From the sequence record PP174317.1: a DNA stretch of 64,000 bases. The stretch is one strand, 5' to 3'. Position 1 is the first letter of the stretch. Every line of letters begins with the position of its first letter. The notes beneath the pieces are model-generated. The model searched no databases. It saw nothing but the letters and a program-made list of their open reading frames with translations, and was not told where the DNA came from. Below are positions 30,600-39,153 of the stretch, in pieces. The stretch comes from Acinetobacter phage vB_AbaSt_W16. A program made the translations under genes and the position numbers.

Positions 30600-32426
30600 T
30601 CAAGAAGACATCCACTCTTTACGAAGTTCTGCATTTTTACCTAACAACATTTCAAATTGTGTTTCCCATGATTCTGGTAATTTAACAACTTCGAAATATG
30701 GTTCGTTAATAACGCGTTCATATTCACTTTCTTCAAGTGAACCAAGTCCTTTGATATATCGACAAGTATAACCTTTAAGACTATCTTTATCGGCATCATA
30801 TTCTTCTGATGTGTAATACCATTTTTGGTCTTTACCCTTTTGACAAATCCAAACAGGTGTTTTTACAAATTTAATTCGGCCTTGTTCAAATAATTCAGGC
30901 CAATTACTGAAGAATGCAAGCAACGACGGGTAAATTGAACCGGTACCATCAACATCGGCATCTGTCATAATCGCAACATTGCGATAATTAAGGCTATCAG
31001 CTTTTTCGCCAATAGTTAACCCCATAATCGCACAAATATCAAAGATTTCTTTATTCTTTAACATATCTGTTGCGGATAAGCCCCAGGTATTAAGAACTTT
31101 ACCGCGTAACGGATATCCGCCATGTAATTCACGATTACGTGTTGAAATTAAATAACCAATTGCAGAATCACCTTCTGTTAAAAACAGAGTTGTTTCTTTT
31201 TGATCATTACCATAACCATTTGCTTTAATATGCTTAGATACTTTGGCTTTAGCAGCAGCTTTATTTGCTTTGGTTTCTGCAGCCTTTTCTGCGGCAAGCT
31301 TACGTGCAAGAACAGCTTCAATAATTGGCATTAAAATATCTTCATTTGCCATAAACTGCTTAGCAATTTTCTTGATATCAATATCAATATGAGATTTAAC
31401 TTCACCCGCCGGAGATGTTAAACGTTCTTTAGTTTGTGAATCAAACCGTAAATTCTTCATATCTTTTAAGAATAATAATACGGTTACACATTCTTTAATT
31501 CTAGCCTTATTAACATCAATTTTATATTTGCGTTTAATTGACGGGATAAGTTCATTTGCCAATTCATCCATTACATAATCAAGATGTGAACCACCTACTT
31601 TTGTATGAATAGCATTTACATATGATAAGTGACGGAATCCATCTTCCGAACGACCAATTGCAAATTGCACATTATCAGTTTCTGCTGTAATCGCAGATTC
31701 ATCATATTGTTTTGCATATTTTTTAAAATTACCTTGAACTTTTTTACCATTAAATTTAAATTCAATTTCAGGGTAAACAACAGCCAATGTTTGCATTTGA
31801 TCTTCAATAATTTGAACAATTACATCATCGATCGCATCGCATTCAAAATGACTAAAGTCTGGAGTAAATTTAACTTCAGTACCCTGCGTTTGTTTTGCAT
31901 ATACTTTTTGTGTCCAATCAATATTGTCCATATTATTGACACAATGAACAATTAATGTTTGTTCCCCATCACATGTTGTACCAATAAATTCTTTTGAAAA
32001 AATATTAGTTAAAGATGACCCAACACCATTCATGCCTGAAGTTTTACGTTCAGAATCATCACCAAAATTACCACCGGCTTTTGTGCGTGTCCATGCTGCT
32101 ACAGCACCAGGAATTTCTGTACCTTCGGGCGTTGTAATCATTGCTTGTGGAATACCACGTCCATTATCTGTTACAGTTACCCAATTATCTTTAATTGTGA
32201 CTGCGATTTTATTTGCGTATTGGAAATTAGTACGAACCGCTTCATCAATTGAGTTATCACGAATTTCTTCAATTAATTTTACAATTGCCGGAACATATTT
32301 TAATTTTGTAAATTTACCAAATAAGAATCGATCATATTCTTCATTTGAGGTAGAACCTACATACATACCAGGTCGTTTTAAGACGTGCTCTTTATCAGAT
32401 AACATCTTAATTTCATTCTTGATCAT
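30600..32426 (-). CDS. 39: DNA topoisomerase II large subunit, fused gp39+gp60 (GyrB-like ATPase)
   Basis: 608 aa in a single uninterrupted ORF; a GHKL ATPase N-terminus (EHVLKRPGMYVGS, DNGRGIP) and a Toprim C-terminus (LTEGDSA.GY). Its size equals T4 gp39 plus gp60. Confidence 0.9.
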   Translation of the reverse strand: MIKNEIKMLSDKEHVLKRPGMYVGSTSNEEYDRFLFGKFTKLKYVPAIVKLIEEIRDNSIDEAVRTNFQYANKIAVTIKDNWVTVTDNGRGIPQAMITTPEGTEIPGAVAAWTRTKAGGNFGDDSERKTSGMNGVGSSLTNIFSKEFIGTTCDGEQTLIVHCVNNMDNIDWTQKVYAKQTQGTEVKFTPDFSHFECDAIDDVIVQIIEDQMQTLAVVYPEIEFKFNGKKVQGNFKKYAKQYDESAITAETDNVQFAIGRSEDGFRHLSYVNAIHTKVGGSHLDYVMDELANELIPSIKRKYKIDVNKARIKECVTVLLFLKDMKNLRFDSQTKERLTSPAGEVKSHIDIDIKKIAKQFMANEDILMPIIEAVLARKLAAEKAAETKANKAAAKAKVSKHIKANGYGNDQKETTLFLTEGDSAIGYLISTRNRELHGGYPLRGKVLNTWGLSATDMLKNKEIFDICAIMGLTIGEKADSLNYRNVAIMTDADVDGTGSIYPSLLAFFSNWPELFEQGRIKFVKTPVWICQKGKDQKWYYTSEEYDADKDSLKGYTCRYIKGLGSLEESEYERVINEPYFEVVKLPESWETQFEMLLGKNAELRKEWMSS

Positions 32427-32485
32427 TTTGTCTCCAAGTGTTCATGGGATAAAGTAATATTATCATTAAATTATGAAAAGCAAAT

Positions 32486-32506
32486 TGGGATCCTACGGAT
32501 CCCAAT
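32486..32506 (-). terminator. palindromic hairpin terminator between the lysozyme gene and gene 39
   Basis: ttgggatcc-tac-ggatcccaa, a perfect 9-bp stem. Confidence 0.5.
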
Positions 32507-32510
32507 ATAA

Positions 32511-33083
32511 TTATTTTGTTTCAAATACTTTGCGTTCTGCCTTACGTCTGTTGGCAAGACCTGGAATAACTTGTAACACACCTTTAACTCGGCCTTTATT
32601 CCATACTTCAAATTGTTCTGCTGCGCCTTTATAATCGCCAGCATTCAATTTTCTCAATAAAGTTGAATTCGCAAATGCCGTTTCGCCAATATTGTACATT
32701 AATGAAACTAAAGCATCAAATTGATTTTGATTTAATGGTACAGTAACTAACTTATTAACAGCAGATACAAATACTTTTAAATCATTTTTCATATACATTT
32801 TAGCCTGGGCTTCGGTGCATACATCGCCTTTGGTAACACGTTTACCACTTGGATATTTAATTGTCCCGTATCCAATAGTCCAAACATTAACACTATCGAG
32901 ATATGCACTTGTACGTAAGCCTTCAAAACCTCGAATTAAATCAACACCATAGTCAGATATATTTTTTTCTTCGGTATCAGGTGTAAGACGATCCACAACT
33001 TTGTTTAAATCATCTACTTGTGCTTGTGTTAATTTGCCGCCCGCGATTTCACGAGCAGCATCAAAGAATGGTTTAACGTCCAT
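32511..33083 (-). CDS. GH24 phage lysozyme (endolysin) with N-terminal extension
   Basis: FEGLRTSAYLDSVNVWTIGYG carries the E..D..T catalytic triad at T4 lysozyme / lambda R spacing, and the C-terminal lobe is conserved (NQFDALVS..YN.G); there is a roughly 45-aa non-hydrophobic N-terminal extension. Confidence 0.8.
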   Translation of the reverse strand: MDVKPFFDAAREIAGGKLTQAQVDDLNKVVDRLTPDTEEKNISDYGVDLIRGFEGLRTSAYLDSVNVWTIGYGTIKYPSGKRVTKGDVCTEAQAKMYMKNDLKVFVSAVNKLVTVPLNQNQFDALVSLMYNIGETAFANSTLLRKLNAGDYKGAAEQFEVWNKGRVKGVLQVIPGLANRRKAERKVFETK

Positions 33084-33116
33084 AATACTTTCTCTATAAA
33101 GAAAGTATTTATCAAC

Positions 33117-33632
33117 TTATGCCGCTCGAGCCGCGACCGCTTCTAATGACCAATCTTGACCAGGATAATGCTTTCTAAAAGCTTCTATTGGTGTAGGTAA
33201 TCGACGTTCAACCCCTTCAGTTGTTCCATATGTCATTTGCGGTGGATGATAAACAGGCGTTGAAACTACCATTACTCGATTCTTACGTGGAAACTGAATA
33301 ATGTTGTCATGAATTTCCTCAAATGGATTTGGGTTCGGGGGAATAGCTTCAATGCACATTGGTTCCGGTTCAATCGGAGCAAAAAATTTATGAGCATGTT
33401 TACTAATGATTTTTTCAATAGGTACACCTGTTCCAAGTCGTACTTGAATCGCATCGCCGCCATGCGAAACACGTAGGACTTCAACAGTCCCGCCCGCACT
33501 AATAATTTCTTTTGCATTAACCGGATATATATCACGATTACTAAATGATAAAGCATGTCTATTAAGAAATTCCTGATAACCTTTTACATCAATTAAACGA
33601 TAACTTAATTTGAAAAAACGATTAAAAGCCAT
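33117..33632 (-). CDS. hypothetical protein
   Basis: The track ORF runs to 33761. A start at the internal Met (MAFNRFF) carries an AAGAGG RBS and avoids a long overlap. Confidence 0.4.
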   Translation of the reverse strand: MAFNRFFKLSYRLIDVKGYQEFLNRHALSFSNRDIYPVNAKEIISAGGTVEVLRVSHGGDAIQVRLGTGVPIEKIISKHAHKFFAPIEPEPMCIEAIPPNPNPFEEIHDNIIQFPRKNRVMVVSTPVYHPPQMTYGTTEGVERRLPTPIEAFRKHYPGQDWSLEAVAARAA

Positions 33633-33849
33633 TTGGATATACCTCTTTCGTACAAAGATTTGATTTAATAGGATTTGCATATGATACTTTAGTATAAATT
33701 GCAACGATATTATCATTTTCATCAAACTCTGAAATGATTTCAACAAAATCATTACAATCATTGTGTGATTTTACAATAACATTTGGTAACGTACGAGCAT
33801 GTTCAAATAGTTCATCATCGATAACAACCGTAACAGTTTCAATATTCAT
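33622..33849 (-). CDS. hypothetical protein
   Basis: A start at the internal Met (MNIETVTV) carries a GAGGA RBS; the track ORF is 33622..33957. Confidence 0.35.
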   Translation of the reverse strand: MNIETVTVVIDDELFEHARTLPNVIVKSHNDCNDFVEIISEFDENDNIVAIYTKVSYANPIKSNLCTKEVYPNGF

Positions 33850-33889
33850 TTTAAAATCCTCATATAAGTTAATCTTATTATAAATTAAA

Positions 33890-33911
33890 AAAGGCCGTAT
33901 GTAAACGGCCT
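33890..33911 (-). terminator. rho-independent terminator after dexA
   Basis: aaggccgt-atgtaa-acggcctt hairpin preceded by an A-run. Confidence 0.55.
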
Positions 33912-33916
33912 TTTTA

Positions 33917-34591
33917 TTAAAATTTGCTTTTCTTAATTGAACTTGGGTCTGTATCATCAGGGTCAGGAACTTCTTCTAAACCTGCGGCGTAACGCTGGGC
34001 AGTTTTAAGCATGATAACATCTTTTGCACAATCGTGGATTGAGTCATGGGCAACAAATCCATCTAAGCGACCTTTACGTAAAGGTGTCATCGTCATACCA
34101 CGAGTCATTGAATACGCTTCAATTGCAGTACGAATATCACGTTGATTCCAAAATGCAACAGGTTCAAGCTTATTGGTTTCAAATACTTTATACGCTTCAC
34201 CAATCATATGCACAAAAATTGGAAAGTCAAATGATTGCCCACGACAATAACCAAATGACTTAAATGGTTTTACACCTTGGTCTTTTAAGTACTGAAGAAT
34301 TTCAGGAATAGCCTGTTCAATTGTCATATCTTCTGCTGAAGGGGCCAAGTTTTTACGGGCTTCTGCAGATTGGTCTTTCCACCATTGAACTGTAGACGGT
34401 GATACGGTACGAGTACCCTTTTGACTTGCAATACTTAATTTCCAGCGACGACCTGCTTTGATAAGTTCATCAATGCTTTCAACAGGCTGGGTATAATCTG
34501 AGTCAAATACTAAAACTGAAATATCTACAACAACCGAATCTGAACGACTACCCAATGTTTCCATATCAATAATAAAATCTTTATAACTCAT
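33917..34591 (-). CDS. dexA: exonuclease A (DexA, DEDDh 3'-5' exonuclease)
   Basis: FIIDMETLG, WWKDQSAEARKNLAPS, CRGQSFDFPI, KLEPVAFWNQRDIRT and DGFVAHDSIHDCAKD are near-identical to T4 DexA. Confidence 0.88.
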   Translation of the reverse strand: MSYKDFIIDMETLGSRSDSVVVDISVLVFDSDYTQPVESIDELIKAGRRWKLSIASQKGTRTVSPSTVQWWKDQSAEARKNLAPSAEDMTIEQAIPEILQYLKDQGVKPFKSFGYCRGQSFDFPIFVHMIGEAYKVFETNKLEPVAFWNQRDIRTAIEAYSMTRGMTMTPLRKGRLDGFVAHDSIHDCAKDVIMLKTAQRYAAGLEEVPDPDDTDPSSIKKSKF

Positions 34592-34866
34592 ACATCACCT
34601 TCATTTGCTTTGCCCGATAATAGCTCTTTAATCATAGTAATATTTGAAATTGTGCCTTCTGTTAAAGGATATGTAATTTCGCTATTAGTAATTTCAGAGA
34701 GCGCTTTCATTTGCACTTGGATTGATTTTAATTTTGCAATAACCCATTTAGCTGAGTTATGCGTATTAACCCGAGGGTTAATATTTAATACAACATTGGG
34801 ATTTTCCAAAGCATTCTCTGCAAAATCAATAATATCTTGTACTGCTTTTTGATTTACATAAATCAT
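34588..34866 (-). CDS. hypothetical protein
   Basis: 92-aa ORF. Confidence 0.35.
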   Translation of the reverse strand: MIYVNQKAVQDIIDFAENALENPNVVLNINPRVNTHNSAKWVIAKLKSIQVQMKALSEITNSEITYPLTEGTISNITMIKELLSGKANEGDV

Positions 34867-35150
34867 TTGTCATATACCTCATACTGTTGAAAAATAGAAT
34901 TAATTGTATGAAGTGCATTTTCTTCAGAAAGAAGAACTTTCATTTCATTTGTGCCGATTACTTTATTAAGGCGATTTGCTTTATCAATTTTACGCTCAAT
35001 ATATTCAATCATACGAGGAATAATTTTCTTTCCATATCCAACAGGATCGATCCAACGTTTGTCAAGTCGACCGCTTTCATTGATTTCAGTCAGCCTGACT
35101 ACAATAAGTTCAGCCGATTTTACAGATATACTTTGAAACATAATAATCAC
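34863..35150 (-). CDS. hypothetical protein
   Basis: 95-aa ORF. Confidence 0.35.
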   Translation of the reverse strand: MIIMFQSISVKSAELIVVRLTEINESGRLDKRWIDPVGYGKKIIPRMIEYIERKIDKANRLNKVIGTNEMKVLLSEENALHTINSIFQQYEVYDK

Positions 35151-35162
35151 CTCAAACTTTCA

Positions 35163-35411
35163 TCAATTTTGTTGGGTATGTGCGTGTTTTAAAACAATAG
35201 AGTTAATATCCATAGCCAAATCAAAAGGAATTATCACTGTTGCACCAGGACCGGCCGCCAAAAGAGTATTTCGCAAATTATAGAATGGCTTAAATGCATA
35301 CCATGTATTTCTGGCAAAATCATTCTCATGATTGCCAGACGTCCATGCATTATGAATTAATTGCATCAATTGAATTAAATTTTCATATGTTAAATTCATT
35401 TTAAGACTCAA
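35163..35411 (-). CDS. hypothetical protein
   Basis: 82-aa ORF. Confidence 0.35.
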   Translation of the reverse strand: MSLKMNLTYENLIQLMQLIHNAWTSGNHENDFARNTWYAFKPFYNLRNTLLAAGPGATVIIPFDLAMDINSIVLKHAHTQQN

Positions 35412-36736
35412 ATAAAATACACATTTGTTCTTGCTCTTGTGCAGCCAACATATAACAACTGTTGTGCTAAGGCGGCGTCTGCTTTATGCATGCAAGAAGT
35501 ATACAAAAATACAGAATCAACTGTTGAACCTTGTGATTTATGAACAGTTCCCACCGGTAACGCTTTAACTTTCAAGAAACTATTACGTAATTTCCACCAA
35601 TCTTTCCAATTTGGTTTTGGGCCGTGTCCTTTCATTGCTTTAAATTCTGATGCCGCACGGGATAAGTAGAACTGAAATTTATTTTGTTCTTGCTCATCTG
35701 AAATTACTTGGATTGTTGCGACCATATCAGAATCGACGCCTCTAACATCTAGGGCCCAAGCTTTAATTGGTAATTTTTCTGCAAAAGTTTTGATTTCCAG
35801 ATTAACTGTAATTTCTTTACAGTCATGAATGCGCGCTAATTCACCATTATTAAAAATAGTTTCTGTAAACTTTTTACCTTCAAATGAGTGTGTCTTAATT
35901 AAAGGTTCTTGCATTACTAAAACTTCATGTTTAATAAATGGCAATTCAGTTTGATATAAACGCTTACGAATAATAGCATTTAAAGAATCAACTGATTTAT
36001 TTGTATATGCTAACATACGATTATCAAAAAGCGCATCTGCGTCTGGAACAATTTCAAAATACTTTTGCATAAAGTTTGCAACAGATTTTCCAGGGGCATT
36101 TAAATTATGCACTCCGGCACCATCAACAAGATTTTCACGAATCCATGAACCATTACGAATTTCGGTCGCAACTTTAATAATTGGAGCATTTGAACGCATA
36201 ACTTCTGTTAAGTTTGCTTGAACAAAATGTTCATTAAAAAAGAATGCAGACAATTCAGGAATGGATGAACCTGGGGCAACCGGGCGGATTTGTGCAATAT
36301 CACCAAGTCCAATAATTGTACACCAACGTGGCACGGATGTCATTAAAATACGGAATAATTCACGATCATACATTGACACTTCATCACAAATTAATACACG
36401 ACATTCACTAAGATCAGGCGCATCAGATTGTTCAAATGATGTTTGATCTTCATAATTTGTCGGACTAATTTTAAGTAATGAATGGATTGTATGAGCATCC
36501 ATTCCGGCAAGCTTTGAAAGAATTTTCTTGGCCTGGTGTGTAGGTGCAGCAAGCATAACACCCTTTTCACCCGAATCAATTAAATGATTAATTAAAAATT
36601 TTGTTAAAGTTGTTTTACCTGTACCAGCTGGACCATTAATAGTAATATGCTTACCTTGCGTTTGCATTACTTCTAAAGCAGCATTAAATGCTTGTTTTTG
36701 TCCTTCATTCAAGTCATCAAATGTTAAATCGTTCAT
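35408..36736 (-). CDS. dda: Dda DNA helicase (SF1B)
   Basis: LTFDDL.EGQK.AFN, H.TINGPAGTGKTTLTKF, LAAPTH.AKKILSKL, CRVLICDEVSMYDR and QLLYVG.TR are colinear with T4 Dda. Confidence 0.92.
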   Translation of the reverse strand: MNDLTFDDLNEGQKQAFNAALEVMQTQGKHITINGPAGTGKTTLTKFLINHLIDSGEKGVMLAAPTHQAKKILSKLAGMDAHTIHSLLKISPTNYEDQTSFEQSDAPDLSECRVLICDEVSMYDRELFRILMTSVPRWCTIIGLGDIAQIRPVAPGSSIPELSAFFFNEHFVQANLTEVMRSNAPIIKVATEIRNGSWIRENLVDGAGVHNLNAPGKSVANFMQKYFEIVPDADALFDNRMLAYTNKSVDSLNAIIRKRLYQTELPFIKHEVLVMQEPLIKTHSFEGKKFTETIFNNGELARIHDCKEITVNLEIKTFAEKLPIKAWALDVRGVDSDMVATIQVISDEQEQNKFQFYLSRAASEFKAMKGHGPKPNWKDWWKLRNSFLKVKALPVGTVHKSQGSTVDSVFLYTSCMHKADAALAQQLLYVGCTRARTNVYFI

Positions 36737-36791
36737 AATAATACCAAATTAAACTTTAAAATTATTTTACAATATTAATTAGGAAAGCGTC

Positions 36792-37094
36792 TTAAATGAC
36801 GCTAACCTTTCTAACATGTAAAGTTTTTAATTGTTGGTTCAACTGCTTTCGTTGGTAATCGGGTAAAGGAAGAGGTTTAACTTCTTCAACAACTTTTTTA
36901 AAGAACCCTTTGCGCATTGTTTTATAAACAATTTTTGGATGAAGTATTGCGTCTATACTTTCTTTAAGTTCTTCCAAGCGTTCTTTTGCTTTACCTTCAT
37001 TTGGGTAAATGGTAAATTCACCATATTCAGTTAAAGGCAATTCATACCCATCTGTATCTTTATAATAAACAGTATATCCAATATGCTGTGACAT
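36792..37094 (-). CDS. hypothetical protein
   Basis: 100-aa ORF. Confidence 0.35.
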   Translation of the reverse strand: MSQHIGYTVYYKDTDGYELPLTEYGEFTIYPNEGKAKERLEELKESIDAILHPKIVYKTMRKGFFKKVVEEVKPLPLPDYQRKQLNQQLKTLHVRKVSVI

Positions 37095-37095
37095 A

Positions 37096-37461
37096 TTATT
37101 TCTCCTGGAACTGTGGAATATTATTTAAAGTAATTACAAAGTTTTCACGAATAATTTTTTCAACTTGACGTTGGCATTCTTCGTGCACCATGTCTTCGAT
37201 ACGGGTTTTATTAGAAGCCCAATGACCACGATCTTTATTAATTAAATCATTAAGATGTGATTTAATAGTTTGATTAACAATTCTATCAATTGTCTGATGA
37301 ATATTGTTAGCTTTAAACAATTGTTCTACACGTTTCTTAACTTGCTCGCGAGTAATTTCCTGGTACATTTCCATCATTTCACCGCGAGTAATATTATGAC
37401 CCGCCATAAGATTTTGAATGTGTCGTTTTACAATTGCAATTGTATCAATAGGATTAGTCAT
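37096..37461 (-). CDS. hypothetical protein
   Basis: 121-aa ORF. Confidence 0.35.
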   Translation of the reverse strand: MTNPIDTIAIVKRHIQNLMAGHNITRGEMMEMYQEITREQVKKRVEQLFKANNIHQTIDRIVNQTIKSHLNDLINKDRGHWASNKTRIEDMVHEECQRQVEKIIRENFVITLNNIPQFQEK

Positions 37462-37463
37462 GG

Positions 37464-37889
37464 TTATTTCTCCATCATTTCATTAATTTTGCGCCATAAT
37501 TCTGTTGTTTTGCCACCATTTTTATCTGGATGCATAACAAAACGAATTCGCTTAAGTTCATCATATGAAAACTCATTTTTACCAACAGGTTTAAATGAGT
37601 TTTCTGTTTTAATATACTCATCTTTAATGCCTTTATGAGATAACACTGCTTTATATTTTATAAGAAGCTTATTATAATCCTCTACATTTGCATTATGTTT
37701 TTTAACAATACGATTATTTTCTCGTAGAGACGCATTGTATAATTCCTTCAAAGCCTTACGATTACGCACAACATTATTGTATTCTTCAATTCGATACGCA
37801 TGCCGTTTACATTCATTCATATATAAAACATAAAATCCAGCAGCAATACCCAATCCAAGTACAAACATTAAACTACCAAAAACATCCAT
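37464..37889 (-). CDS. membrane-anchored J-domain protein (DjlA-like architecture)
   Basis: N-terminal TM helix (LMFVLGLGIAAGFYVLYM) and a C-terminal minimal J-domain (YDELKRIRFVMHPDKNGGKTTELWRKINEMME) with the HPD motif. Confidence 0.55.
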   Translation of the reverse strand: MDVFGSLMFVLGLGIAAGFYVLYMNECKRHAYRIEEYNNVVRNRKALKELYNASLRENNRIVKKHNANVEDYNKLLIKYKAVLSHKGIKDEYIKTENSFKPVGKNEFSYDELKRIRFVMHPDKNGGKTTELWRKINEMMEK

Positions 37890-37899
37890 ATCGATTTCC

Positions 37900-38880
37900 T
37901 CAGATGTGGTTATTGAGTAAATTATAACCTGTTTTATGTTTAAGCAACTTAACTATTGATGTAGATAATGGTAATCCATATGCAATCTTTTCATAGTCTG
38001 TTGCAGAAAGATTTTCAAACCGAATTAGCGCAGGCTTAATCAATTTTAAATCTTCAATAATCTCTCGTTGACGCTGAATGTCTGCATATAATTTATCAGA
38101 TTTGTCTTTATATGCATCAAGTTGTTTAGTTATAGTTTCAACTTCACTCATAGCAACGTCTTTATATGCAGCTGAGGTTGTCACACGTAACCCTTTAACA
38201 AACTTAGCTAAGAATGTTTTTTGTGCATTAATAATAACTTCTTGACTTTTCAACTTGAGTTCAATTCTACCATTGGCTTTAGTTAAGTGCTGCTTTTCAG
38301 CTTTAGATGTTTTAGGATGAAGAATTTTCATCGTATTCTTATCAATAAGGGCTTGACGTTCACCTAATTTTAGTTGGGCCGCAACTAAATTATTAATGGC
38401 ACGACGATATTTGTCACACTTATGTGCAGGAATAATATATTTTTTAATTAAAACTTGCTCTTTTTTACAAACATGTTTACTTTCATCTAATGAATTAAGA
38501 CGAATATTTGTATCATAAATTGTACGTTCAAGTTCCATTAGAGCATGTTCAATTGATGTAATTTTATCAATACGATATTGAATTTCATTATCAATAGTTT
38601 CACTTGTTAAATTATTACGCAATGAATTATATTTCTTCATCACAGGTACAACGTTACCATTAATATAGCCTTTATCATTATCGATACGTTCCATCGTCAT
38701 CTTTTCTTCTTCGATGGTATCAGAAAAAGGTAAACCTGTATAAGCACAATGAGTTTGCAATTTCATATTAATAAATGCTTGTAAAGATAAAGTAAACTCG
38801 AGTTTACGTCGAGTTGCATCTTTTTTCTTTGCAATATAGCATTCAGCGAATTTAATATTCTGTTCTACAGTAGTAAACAT
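37900..38880 (-). CDS. coiled-coil protein with degenerate HNH-like N-terminal segment
   Basis: The track ORF begins at a TTG; the ATG start is MFTTVEQ at 38880. The N-terminus contains ERIDNDKGYINGNVVPV..KYN, reminiscent of an HNH core lacking the His and Cys ligands; the rest is coiled-coil. Confidence 0.4.
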   Translation of the reverse strand: MFTTVEQNIKFAECYIAKKKDATRRKLEFTLSLQAFINMKLQTHCAYTGLPFSDTIEEEKMTMERIDNDKGYINGNVVPVMKKYNSLRNNLTSETIDNEIQYRIDKITSIEHALMELERTIYDTNIRLNSLDESKHVCKKEQVLIKKYIIPAHKCDKYRRAINNLVAAQLKLGERQALIDKNTMKILHPKTSKAEKQHLTKANGRIELKLKSQEVIINAQKTFLAKFVKGLRVTTSAAYKDVAMSEVETITKQLDAYKDKSDKLYADIQRQREIIEDLKLIKPALIRFENLSATDYEKIAYGLPLSTSIVKLLKHKTGYNLLNNHI

Positions 38881-39019
38881 GGCAATATACTCATTTGTTG
38901 ATAAAGCAATAATACACAAAAGATAAGATTATGTAAACCTTTAATAATTCGTTTGAATATTTTTTAACCAATCAATAAATGCAAAACTCGCTTTTCATAA
39001 AAAGTGTGTTATATTAGAT

Positions 39020-39025
39020 ATAATG
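39020..39025 (+). promoter_or_regulatory. candidate -10 hexamer (TATAAT) of a plus-strand mini transcription unit
   Basis: TATAAT lies 18 nt upstream of a GGGGGAG Shine-Dalgarno and a 15-codon ORF. Confidence 0.3.
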
Positions 39026-39056
39026 CCCGGGCGGCCAGCCCAGGGGGAGATTATAT

Positions 39057-39104
39057 ATGTCAGGAATGAATATAAGAGGCGTAGCCTCCGTCCGTAGGAC
39101 GTAA
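39057..39104 (+). other. 15-codon plus-strand ORF (MSGMNIRGVASVRRT) with strong SD
   Basis: GGGGGAG sits 7 nt upstream of the ATG; the island is GC-rich and contains two internal hairpins (gagg-cgtag-cctc, cgtcc-gta-ggacg). Confidence 0.3.
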
Positions 39105-39127
39105 TTTAATGATTTAAATGTAATAAA

Positions 39128-39150
39128 AAAGGACGCTCATGCGTCCTTAA
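39128..39150. terminator. bidirectional rho-independent terminator
   Basis: aaggacgc-tcat-gcgtcctt hairpin flanked by an A6 run and a T5 run. Confidence 0.6.
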
Positions 39151-39153
39151 TTT

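Noticed and set aside
30600-32426. Search for the T4 gene 60 50-nt translational bypass / mobA insertion
   Set aside because: The topoisomerase subunit is one continuous 608-aa frame. No take-off/landing GGA pair with an intervening stop-containing gap was seen.
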